The notes below the pieces were generated by a model. That model searched no databases. It saw nothing but the letters and a program-made list of their open reading frames with translations, and was not told where the DNA came from. From Nitrosopumilus sp. (lineage in GTDB: Archaea > Thermoproteota > Nitrososphaeria > Nitrososphaerales > Nitrosopumilaceae): a stretch of 64,000 bases of DNA. This document shows, piece by piece, positions 31,946-41,936 of this stretch. The position numbers were made by a program, and so were the translations under genes. The DNA is taken from contig OZ252243.1 in assembly GCA_965249555.1 (NCBI GenBank), positions 608,001 to 672,000 on the forward strand, given 5' to 3'. How positions within the stretch are numbered: the first letter of the stretch is position 1; every line of letters starts with the position of its first letter.

Positions 31946-34900
31946 TCTTCAATGAAGCCATAATTTTTTGTTATGGCAATCAGTGTAGATACTTTGTTCC
32001 ACATATCAACTCTACTAGGCTTCAAGAGAGTTGTAACTTTATCGTTACAGAAATTTGGTGGTCATGTGCCATATCAGAACGCCCTGATGTTATGCTTCAA
32101 TGGGGCTGTAACTTTATCGTTACAGAAATTTGAGAATAAATCCAGTAATAAATGGATTACCAGTTCCAGCGCTTCAATGGGGCTGTAACTTTATCGTTAC
32201 AGAAATTTTATGCGCTATGTGTTATGTTTGTCATACTCATGTAGCTTCAATGGGGCTGTAACTTTATCGTTACAGAAATTTCACAAATTGTAATACAATA
32301 AGGGTACTATAACGGTTGCTTCAATGGGGCTGTAACTTTATCGTTACAGAAATTTTATGCGCTATGTGTTATGTTTGTCATACTCATGTAGCTTCAATGG
32401 GGCTGTAACTTTATCGTTACAGAAATCACTCGGATGTTGTTTTCCCTGCACGTCTGATATACAGAGCTTCAATGGGGCTGTAACTTTACCGTTACAGAAA
32501 TTGGCTCCAGCTTTGGTAATCTCAAGAATGATCTCGCCACGCTTCAATGGGGCTGTAACTTTATCGTTACAGAAATCACTCGGATGTTGTTTTCCCTGCA
32601 CGTCTGATATACAGAGCTTCAATGGGGCTGTAACTTTACCGTTACAGAAATTGGCTCCAGCTTTGGTAATCTCAAGAATGATCTCGCCACGCTTCAATGG
32701 GGCTGTAACTTTATCGTTACAGAAATGGCTTAATCAAAGATGTTATCTCAATGTCCGTATATTATCAACTTCAATGGGGCTGTAACTTTATCGTTACAGA
32801 AATATAAAGAGGAAGCTGAGGGTTTCACAATCGATTTTCTAGCTTCAATGGGGCTGTAACTTTATCGTTACAGAAATTTTGTGAGGTTTGAAGTTTGAAG
32901 TGGACAGTTTCCCAAGCTTCAATGGGGCTGTAACTTTATCGTTACAGAAATTCTGTTATCTTTGATTTTTAGTTTGATTTTATCTTCTTCAGCTTCAATG
33001 GGGCTGTAACTTTATCGTTACAGAAATCTAAAAATGTTTTGACTGCTGTCGGCGTGTAAGCCGGGCTTCAATGGGGCTGTAACTTTATCGTTACAGAAAT
33101 TTCCATCAGCTCCAGTTTCATCTTTACCAAATGCTTTGCTTCAATGGGGCTGTAACTTTATCGTTACAGAAATTTCTCCAGCCGGATATTGATAACCGTG
33201 AGCCTTCATGCTTCAATGGGGCTGTAACTTTATCGTTACAGAAATTTCGAAAAGCCAATTAGTAAACTTGGTACGACTCACCTGCTTCAATGGGGCTGTA
33301 ACTTTATCGTTACAGAAATTGTAAGTTACAGGATAACGCAATAAATCTATGCTCAGCTTCAATGGGGCTGTAACTTTATCGTTACAGAAATACTTTATCA
33401 CGATTACGGTTTAGATAGTCAAGGACAAGCTTCAATGGGGCTGTAACTTTATCGTTACAGAAATAAATGAATCAGCGAATAGTTCGACATCAAATTTCTT
33501 GCTTCAATGGGGCTGTAACTTTATCGTTACAGAAATCTGATGATAACATCTTTGCTGAATTTCATGTTCATGCTGCTTCAATGGGGCTGTAACTTTATCG
33601 TTACAGAAATCATGAGTGATTTGTTGTCCTCGAGTTGGTCCTCCATGTGCTTCAATGGGGCTGTAACTTTATCGTTACAGAAATGATACAACTTGAAAAT
33701 ATTGCAAAAGCAGAAGCACGCTTCAATGGGGCTGTAACTTTATCGTTACAGAAATTGGAAAATCAAGCTTCAAAATTAATGGCTACAACATCGCTTCAAT
33801 GGGGCTGTAACTTTATCGTTACAGAAATTTCCCTATGGACCTTCCTTTGCAGGTCCTTGTATTTCTCAGCTTCAATGGGGCTGTAACTTTATCGTTACAG
33901 AAATGCGGCAGCCAATCCCGACGGCTTGGCTTCCATCATAGACGCTTCAATGGGGCTGTAACTTTATCGTTACAGAAATGTAGTAATTGCATTCATCTGC
34001 ATTTGACTTGCACCACCGCTTCAATGGGGCTGTAACTTTATCGTTACAGAAATTTCGGCTTTGAAAATTGCTAATGCTTTAGATTTTTTGCTTCAATGGG
34101 GCTGTAACTTTATCGTTACAGAAATCTTGATGTCTCAAACAGCAAGAGTTCAAACTAGATTAGCTTCAATGGGGCTGTAACTTTATCGTTACAGAAATAT
34201 AGAACGGTTATCAGGTCAAAGAGCGTTAAAAGTAGCTTCAATGGGGCTGTAACTTTATCGTTACAGAAATTTGGATAGCGATTGGATAGCTATGACAAAG
34301 CAACTGGAAGCTTCAATGGGGCTGTAACTTTATCGTTACAGAAATCTGCATCAGTAAGAAATAGTAGATTGTCTACAGCCGTTGCTTCAATGGGGCTGTA
34401 ACTTTATCGTTACAGAAATGATGGATCAGGCTATACCAGGGGTATTGGGTCAGGGATGCTTCAATGGGGCTGTAACTTTATCGTTACAGAAATTTAGTGT
34501 TACTGAAAATTCTAGGTTAGGATGGTCCAAAGCTTCAATGGGGCTGTAACTTTATCGTTACAGAAATTTTGAAAAAGAAACTTTGAAAGAAGACAAAGAG
34601 AGAGCGCTTCAATGGGGCTGTAACTTTATCGTTACAGAAATCTTAGGTTGTAGAACTCAAAGAACAGCTGACATTATCGCTTCAATGGGGCTGTAACTTT
34701 ATCGTTACAGAAATGTCAGAATTAGTTTGAGTAAAAACACTACCTTTTCTCGCTTCAATGGGGCTGTAACTTTATCGTTACAGAAATTTAGCATACAAGA
34801 GATAGCCTCCGATACCAACCGCTCCTGGCTTCAATGGGGCTGTAACTTTATCGTTACAGAAATTTCTCAAAATGAAAAAAATTGTTAACAATGTCCAAGC

Positions 34901-35538
34901 TTCAATGGGGCTGTAACTTTATCGTTACAGAAATTTTGAGCCTTTCAATTACACTAGTTAAAATTTTAGATGCTTCAATGGGGCTGTAACTTTATCGTTA
35001 CAGAAATCACCAAGTCGTGCAATACCTCCACCAGGTCCTCCTGGCTTCAATGGGGCTGTAACTTTATCGTTACAGAAATTTGATTGTTTCGACAAGATTC
35101 CAACTGACACCTAGATCCTGGAGGCTTCAATGGGGCTGTAACTTTATCGTTACAGAAATTAGGATATCAGCGCCACGACTTAGGCCCGCTGCTAAATTTG
35201 TGCTTCAATGGGGCTGTAACTTTATCGTTACAGAAATATGGTATACAAGCAACATATCCGTACGAAGTGTGTATTGTCTACGCTTCAATGGGGCTGTAAC
35301 TTTATCGTTACAGAAATATCGAATTTAGAAAACTTGTCGCAATTAGAACATTTATGCTTCAATGGGGCTGTAACTTTATCGTTACAGAAATTTTTATAGA
35401 GCTATAAAGCCTAATATAAACCCTAAATGCTTCAATGGGGCTGTAACTTTATCGTTACAGAAATTTCTGTTTGTTCTTTTTTAGCCTTGTCAAGACTACT
35501 TTGCTTCAATGGGGCTGTAACTTTATCGTTACAGAAAT
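31946..35538 (-). CRISPR. Type I-G array: 49 repeats (two degenerate at the left, trailer end) and 48 spacers of 35-44 nt
   Basis: 36-bp repeat ATTTCTGTAACGATAAAGTTACAGCCCCATTGAAGC (minus strand) with CTGTAAC/GTTACAG stem; orientation from the ATTGAAGC 3' end, degenerate left repeats and AT-rich leader next to cas2. Confidence 0.98.
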
Positions 35539-35690
35539 GGGGTCATTTTCTCTAAAACCGTTATCATGTTTTTGTTTCTAGTTGTTTTTCAATTGTTATC
35601 TGACGATTCAAGCAAATCATAGACATTGCTGTGGTATGATATTTTTTTCATATATATTATATCTGCGAGAGTATTATCATACTTACCTTG
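35539..35690 (-). promoter_or_regulatory. CRISPR leader
   Basis: AT-rich non-coding stretch between cas2 and the first perfect repeat, with a TATA-like element. Confidence 0.7.
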
Positions 35691-35691
35691 A

Positions 35692-35801
35692 CTTGTAACC
35701 CATCGCATTTTCTTTGCCCTATATCACTTGCGCAAAGCTCTTGATAGGGCTTCTTGTCAGGCATCTTGTAACCCATCGCATTTTCTTTGCCCTATATCAC
35801 T
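35692..35801. repeat. 37-bp direct duplication flanking a 36-nt insert
   Basis: CTTGTAACCCATCGCATTTTCTTTGCCCTATATCACT at 35692-35728 and 35765-35801. Confidence 0.95.
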
Positions 35802-36079
35802 ACGGATCTCTCCCTTTCCGTATCCATTTGTGCCCCTATTACTGATATTCTTTCTTTACTTTTATTTAAGGAGCCAAGATTAATTATCAAAATTTTATCT
35901 TCAACCATATTCATTATATCCTCTAACTCTTCTTTCATAATTATTATTTCCTTGTAGTTAAGATCACACATAAACACAGAATATTGTACAGGTTCCCCAT
36001 ACCCCTTCATCTTTTTATGTATCTGTATCAATCGTTGCGGATCATGTATATCGTAACATACAAAGTATCTATTGCGCAA
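35792..36079 (-). CDS. cas2: Cas2
   Basis: YFVCYDIHDP.RL...GYGEPVQYSVF; TTG start assumed. Confidence 0.93.
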   Translation of the reverse strand: MRNRYFVCYDIHDPQRLIQIHKKMKGYGEPVQYSVFMCDLNYKEIIIMKEELEDIMNMVEDKILIINLGSLNKSKERISVIGAQMDTERERSVVI

Positions 36080-36083
36080 ACCT

Positions 36084-37769
36084 TCATCTTGTCCTAAATG
36101 CAGGATATGTTGGAATCTCTCCAAGAATATGTCTGGCAAGTAATCTTGTTTGAGTTTCCATTATGCGTTTATAGCTGGCAGCATAACCCAAAAGTGGATG
36201 AATAACAACAGAATCCATACGTCTCTCATATGCAGTTATCACTGTAGAACGCCCTCTATTGGTAAGGTTTGTTCCAAAGTCGGTCTTTATCAAATCTGAT
36301 TCATTGATTTCACCGTTATTGATAAGCGTAATACATGTAGAATCTGCTACAATTGGTCTGAATTCCTCGATCATATCAAGTGCAAGTGCGGGTTTCCCAT
36401 ATTTTGGCATATGAAGAAATCCCAGATAGGGATCAAGACCTACTCTACTAACTGTAATCATTGCATTCCTTGTCAACATTGCATATAGAAATGACATAAT
36501 TGCATTAACTGGATCCTTTGGAGGTCTTCTGTTTCTTCCATTAAAATCAAAAGCCGTTGATTCAGATTTTATCATGCCATTAAATTCTGAAAAATATATG
36601 CGTGCAGCCATTCCCTCTATTCCAAGAAGAGTATCATATTGTTTTACAGTACATGCACGTTGTGCAAGTATGTTCATCTTGTGTATCTTATCTATAGGGG
36701 GAGATTTGTGGTTTCTACGTAGCATTGTCATGCAATTTTTTATTTTTCCAAACACCATCTGACGAGCTATCCCAATGGATGCATTTTTAACATCATATTT
36801 TTTATGCTGTTTAATTCGCAGTTCTATATTTTTATGTGAAAGTCCTGTAGTAATACCCGTAAACCATCCTCCATATGTCATGTAACAGATAGGAATATTT
36901 CGCTTGCTTAACTCCCTTATTGCTTGTGTTGTGATCTGGATATTTCCAAATAGTGTAATTTCTGAAATGTCTATCAATCTAATCTTCTTTATTATTGTAT
37001 CTTTTAATTTTACATGAATGCAATCATTTGATTTTGTAATATGTGCTCCCTGTTCCTGTATGTATACTGGTATGGTGTCATTTCTTATTGGATACATTCT
37101 GCGTATCTGGTCCTTGTTTATTTGATGAGTCTCATCTGATAACAAATTGACTTCATCAGGTAGACATATTCCCACAAGGGAACATCTTGGACATTTCGGA
37201 CTGTCAACCAACGGAGCAGGTATTGTATATGACTTTGCCATTTCTTTCATCTCTTTGATCATCTGTAATGTTTTTTTTACTGTTTGATCATCTAGATTAA
37301 TTTCTATTCTTTGCTTTGATGCAATATAATAAACAAAACCCTTTGTACATGTGTATCCATTTGCACGTAGTAAAAGTCCTTGAGCACATACTTGTATGAT
37401 GTGATCATCATATGTTCTGTTAGGAGTATTGGGAGTGCTGCCACGTTTGTATTCTATTGGTGTTGCAACGTTTCCATCTAATTCAAGTAGATCTGTTTTA
37501 GATATCAATCCAAGCTCTGTATCAGACAAAGTAACTGATCTGGCATGAATCTTTTCTACTGTGATATTATCTTTATCGGTCTTTTGTTCAAGCATTTTTC
37601 CTCCTGACGGTTTGTCTACATTTCTATGCTGATATTTGCCGTCTATCACATCTTTGTTGGATTCAAATTCCCCTTGAACCCATTCCATATATGCAAGTCG
37701 TTTACAATATACGAATTGTGTTAGCATTCTTACTGGTATAAGATTTGAATTAACACTTGATGTACTCAT
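36084..37769 (-). CDS. cas1: Cas4-Cas1 fusion
   Basis: YCKR, PIEYKRG and CPRCSLVGIC (Cas4); GIEG.AAR.YF, RNRRPPKDPVNA and DMIEEFRP (Cas1). Confidence 0.95.
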   Translation of the reverse strand: MSTSSVNSNLIPVRMLTQFVYCKRLAYMEWVQGEFESNKDVIDGKYQHRNVDKPSGGKMLEQKTDKDNITVEKIHARSVTLSDTELGLISKTDLLELDGNVATPIEYKRGSTPNTPNRTYDDHIIQVCAQGLLLRANGYTCTKGFVYYIASKQRIEINLDDQTVKKTLQMIKEMKEMAKSYTIPAPLVDSPKCPRCSLVGICLPDEVNLLSDETHQINKDQIRRMYPIRNDTIPVYIQEQGAHITKSNDCIHVKLKDTIIKKIRLIDISEITLFGNIQITTQAIRELSKRNIPICYMTYGGWFTGITTGLSHKNIELRIKQHKKYDVKNASIGIARQMVFGKIKNCMTMLRRNHKSPPIDKIHKMNILAQRACTVKQYDTLLGIEGMAARIYFSEFNGMIKSESTAFDFNGRNRRPPKDPVNAIMSFLYAMLTRNAMITVSRVGLDPYLGFLHMPKYGKPALALDMIEEFRPIVADSTCITLINNGEINESDLIKTDFGTNLTNRGRSTVITAYERRMDSVVIHPLLGYAASYKRIMETQTRLLARHILGEIPTYPAFRTR

Positions 37770-38112
37770 ATGTTTTGAAATTATTTTTCATATAAATAAA
37801 TCAATATATTGATGAGATAATTACTAAATGAGATAGATACAGTATCAATTATTGCTGTTTGAATTTCAGGATTATGTAACAATTCATCTCTCTCTAATTC
37901 TTGATTGAATTGCACTTGAAGAATATGAGTAATACTGAATTACTTTTTTGATTTCTTTAGACTTTTCTCGTATCTCTCAAATACTTTATCATCTCTTTTG
38001 CTCCATGGTTACTCTTCTTTGAGTTTGGTTTCTTCCATAGTTATATTATAACTATTTTGTTATTCAATTGCTTAAGCTTTGGTGATTTTGAAAATATAGG
38101 TCTCGATACCCG

Positions 38113-38637
38113 TTATACAAACTTTCTAGCCTTCATTCTCTTGATTTTTTCTTGCAACAAAATACATCCTTGGATGAGAGTTTCAGGTCTAGGCGGACAG
38201 CCAGGAACATAGACATCGACTGGAATCACTCCGTCAATTCCCGGAAGTACATTGTATGAATCAAAATACAACCCCCCAGTAATTGCACAAGCTCCCATAG
38301 CAATTACATACTTTGGTTCTGGCATTTGATCATAAACTAGTCTGAGACGTGGTGCCATTTTTCTTGTAATAGTTCCTTGAACAACAATTAGATCACATTG
38401 TCTAAGTGATCCAAATGCCTCAATGATACCAAATCTTTCAACATCATATCTAGGACTTGATGCTGCACCAAATTCAACACTGCAGCAAGCCGTTTCAATG
38501 TGGACAGGCCAGAGTGACCAAATTCTACCCCAATTGATGGCATAGCCCAATGGTTTGCCGATTGCCCGCTCTAAAATGTCCCCTAGCTTTCCTACAAAGA
38601 CATTTGCATTTTCTGGCGTTACTAAATCATTAAGCAA
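38113..38637 (-). CDS. nuoB: NADH-quinone oxidoreductase subunit B
   Basis: TACCSVE, MGACAITGG and VPGCPPRPE motifs. Confidence 0.96.
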   Translation of the reverse strand: MLNDLVTPENANVFVGKLGDILERAIGKPLGYAINWGRIWSLWPVHIETACCSVEFGAASSPRYDVERFGIIEAFGSLRQCDLIVVQGTITRKMAPRLRLVYDQMPEPKYVIAMGACAITGGLYFDSYNVLPGIDGVIPVDVYVPGCPPRPETLIQGCILLQEKIKRMKARKFV

Positions 38638-38676
38638 TCTTATCCCCTATCTCATAAATGCAATTTATATAAAAAA

Positions 38677-39051
38677 CTACCATATTCTTCGCCTCCCAGA
38701 CTGATACAATGCAAATGCCATTGCGCCAAACATTATAGCTAAAAATCCCATCATTGGCAAAGTTGCACTCTTTGGAAGTTCCAAAAGGGCACTTCCCCAG
38801 GCATACAGGAAGATTGCCATGACATCAAAGACTACAAACATCAGAATGTAGGGATAATACTGCATCATAAAGTGAGTCCGGCCTTCGCCTGACGGGACTT
38901 GACCGCATTCCATTGGTAAAAATTTCACAGGATTGTTTATTTTTCGAGGAGAAATCATCCTAGAAATAACTAAAGCCGGAGCCATAGCTGCTACGGCAAA
39001 TCCAAACATCAATACAACAATACTGTAATTGCCCGCTAATTCTCCGACCAA
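38677..39051 (-). CDS. nuoA: NADH-quinone oxidoreductase subunit A
   Basis: PMECGQ and YYPYILMFVVFDV motifs. Confidence 0.95.
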   Translation of the reverse strand: MVGELAGNYSIVVLMFGFAVAAMAPALVISRMISPRKINNPVKFLPMECGQVPSGEGRTHFMMQYYPYILMFVVFDVMAIFLYAWGSALLELPKSATLPMMGFLAIMFGAMAFALYQSGRRRIW

Positions 39052-39102
39052 TTTAGCTTTTCACTACAATTTTTGTATATAATTCAATCGTTTCAAAGGT
39101 TC

Positions 39103-40025
39103 TCCCATACGAAATCGTCTCCAACCCTACTGAGGACACTTACTAGCGTGCTTTGCTGAATCAGGACATCTCAGATATGCTTTGCATCTTATACTTTCGT
39201 TGTGTCAGTTCATGATTTTGTGTACGATACACTTTCAGAATTTGTTAGCATGTACCCGGATTATTGCAAGCATCCGGTCTTGCAGCTGCCACCTTTGCCT
39301 TTTGTTTTCCTCTTCTCTTTGCAATTCTGAAATAGAATGATTCCATTCTTTCATCAAATCGTACTATAGTATTTGCAGCCTCTACCATTGCGTTACGTAA
39401 CCATGCAGAACCCCTCTTTGTTATTCCGCCTCCTCGGTGCACATCTGCGCTGTCCCTGTGCGATGGTGCAAGTCCTGCATATGAGACTAGTTTTTCTGCT
39501 GTTGCAAATCTGCTGATGTCAACTATCTCTGAAATTATTGTCAATGCCGTGACATAGTTTATTCCAGGAATGGTCATTAGCAGTCTTGTTTTCTCATCCT
39601 CATTGCTAATTGTTGCAATCTTTATCTCAATTGTGTTGATCTGTTTTTGCATCATATCTATGCTGTCAAGATATGCATCCATTGCCATTCTGTCAACCTC
39701 ACTCAGATTAATTTCATGCAACCATCGTACTCCTTTTTGCGAGAATGTCTTTGTGGGTGTAATCATATTTTGCAAGTATTGCATAAATCATGTTTTTGTG
39801 TTTTGATACATTTCGCACGCGATTCAGTCTGGTTCTTACCAGACTGTATAGGTCTCTATAGTATTTTTCTGGTACGAATGAGCTGTACACCATGTCTGCT
39901 CTTAGCAAGTCTGCCAATACGTCTGAATCAAGTTTGTCGTTTTTTATCTTTGCCTGTGCAATTATCTTGGTCTTTGCAGGATGTGCGAGAACTGTATCAA
40001 TTCCATGGTCTTCTAGTGTGTCATG
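39103..40025 (-). mobile_element. IS110-family element, frameshifted and 5'-truncated transposase plus 3' non-coding end
   Basis: LMTIPGI, SYAGLAP..RDS and ITKRGSAWLR motifs; KIKNDKLDS..LADLLR fragment; end sequence repeated at 56507-56645. Confidence 0.85.
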
Positions 40026-40364
40026 GAGTCTAATCCAATAGTTGGCTTTGTTGTAATGATAGGACTATCCATTATGTTTAGTTTAGGACAGAATACTTAC
40101 GAATCAGAAGAATATGATCTGGTGGTTATTGGATTTGAGGATTTGCTAACAAAATGCAACAGCATACACAGTTTTGAATCCTATAATTCCTACATTGATC
40201 ATCATAATTCTTTCATTGATGAATATGGGGAATTTAATAAATCTGAAGGCGATACTGAAATTGTTTCAACAGATTACCAAATTGCAATTTTGATAGAAGA
40301 ACTGATTCAATGTGAGAATAAGGAAGAATCTAGGTTGATAAACTATGGTGAGCTATCAGGATAG
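40023..40364 (+). CDS. Hypothetical protein with N-terminal TM/signal segment
   Basis: 113-aa ORF. Confidence 0.5.
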   Translation: MESNPIVGFVVMIGLSIMFSLGQNTYESEEYDLVVIGFEDLLTKCNSIHSFESYNSYIDHHNSFIDEYGEFNKSEGDTEIVSTDYQIAILIEELIQCENKEESRLINYGELSG

Positions 40365-40910
40365 GATGTAATTTGTATCTAGGATTTTTCTTTATTCATT
40401 GATCAGAAAGTCAAACTAAACAAGTGTTTCAATCAGAACCAGAACCTATTGATGAATGTCCTTTTTGCCATAAACCTAGCGATATTATATACAAAATATA
40501 CAACAATAAGACTAAGCATTATTCTGCTTTTTCAATAGGATAAGGGGATTATTCGGCTACATTTACTTGTAGAAATTGCACTACTGAAGGAGAATTATCA
40601 AAAGATTTTGAACATAATTTAATCTACAATTTCAAATTAGGTTTAAAATATAATAAAATCTGTAAATCATACAAACATAATCCTGTAAAGGCACGAGGTC
40701 AATTAGAAAAATTAATACAAAAAAATCAACAGTATACAAATGTTGAGGATTTTGTAGAAACTCTAAGAGATTGGGATAGATAATTACCATCTCCATAAAT
40801 CCTTCAAAAAGCCCCGACAGTTAACAGGAAGAAGATTTACAGTTATGCCTCGATAAGTTAACAGAACCGTTTCAAATAGTTTTTATATTAGTATACCGAA
40901 CATATGGTGA

Positions 40911-41925
40911 ATGCCTACCTTATTAACAACCAGAGATCGAATTAGTTTTGAGGATAAAATACAGACAAAAGCAGTCAATACGCAGAAAACATCCCAGTCA
41001 TCAGTAAGAAACTTTGAGAGATTTTGCAAGGAAAAGTATGACAAATCAATGGAGGAGATAATATCAGAATATCACAAAGTTGAGATGGATTTAATCTATG
41101 AATCACTGCAAGAATGGATAAACTGGAACAATACAAAGGTTCATTCAAACAGCATTCCTACACTGTTTTCATATCTCAAAACATACCTAAGATATCACAA
41201 GATAAGAATTACAAAAGAGGATGTGGTAAAACAGCTGAGTTTACCTCACAAGGTCAAAGAGGAGAAATATCCATTGACAAAAGAGGAGATCAGAAGCCGA
41301 TGATTTTTTGTTTGATATTGAACATGATTACCTGGGAGAAATATCCATTGACAAAAGAGGAGATCAGAAGGATACTGCAAGTATGCAATAAGAATAACAC
41401 GATCAAGATTCTGGCACAGTTATCAAGTGATATGAGAAAAGGGGAATTGCTCCAGCTGAAAAAAAGAGATCTTGGACAAAAAAGAATCATGGTAAATATT
41501 CCTGCAAGTATTACAAAGACAAAAAGATCAAGGGTGACTTTTTTTAGCAGAGAGATAATACCTTTACTGATGCCGATTCTTAGAAGGCTCTGGCTGATGA
41601 TGACAGAGTGTTTTTTCGTGGAAAGCTAAATCCTGCAAACATAAGCAATCACTACCAGCTGATTCTGACAGAGTATCTAAAGAGGACAGGGCTTGATCAA
41701 AAATATGAATCCGGACGTCACAAGATAACAACACACAGCTTTAGGGCATTTTTTATCACAAAGGTGTCTCTTCATGATCCAAACCTTGCAAAGTACTTTG
41801 CAGGACAGGAACAAACAAGAGACCTGCTGATGTATGACATATTGACAGCAGATGAAAAGTGAGAAAACTATATCAAATTTGAGCCTGATTTGTTGATATG
41901 GGATTCAAATAAAAGCGTAAGGTAA
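40911..41925 (+). pseudogene. Tyrosine recombinase/integrase pseudogene
   Basis: MRKGELLQL, TKTKRSR and HSFRAFF motifs in three frames; disrupted by a 74-nt duplication-insertion and further lesions. Confidence 0.88.
41261..41370. repeat. Exact 36-bp direct duplication flanking a 38-nt insert
   Basis: GGAGAAATATCCATTGACAAAAGAGGAGATCAGAAG at 41261-41296 and 41335-41370. Confidence 0.95.
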
Positions 41926-41936
41926 GGCCAACTGTC

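Larger units (their letters stand above)
23539..38129. mobile_element. CRISPR-Cas island between nuoB and nuoC, bounded by a duplicated nuoB 3' end
   Basis: TTATACAAACTTCCTAG (23539-23555) versus TTATACAAACTTTCTAG (38113-38129). Confidence 0.85.

Noticed and set aside
32207-32243. Spacer shares TTTATGCGCTAT with nuoI and a loose peptide resemblance to NuoH
   Set aside because: Only 12 PAM-distal nt match; differences are non-synonymous; expected by chance
32280-32317. 14-nt match AATTGTAATACAAT to the gene at 3823-4041
   Set aside because: AT-rich; no seed or PAM support
32727-32767. Spacer frame LNQRCYLNVRI resembles NuoL LLNRWYLNAVI
   Set aside because: Many non-synonymous differences; another open frame is equally plausible
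31973-35328. ORF calls inside the CRISPR array
   Set aside because: Artefacts of reading through repeats; useful only for exposing the nuoA peptide match
23539-38129. CAST or casposon interpretation of the island
   Set aside because: No Tns genes, polB or terminal inverted repeats; Cas3 is intact
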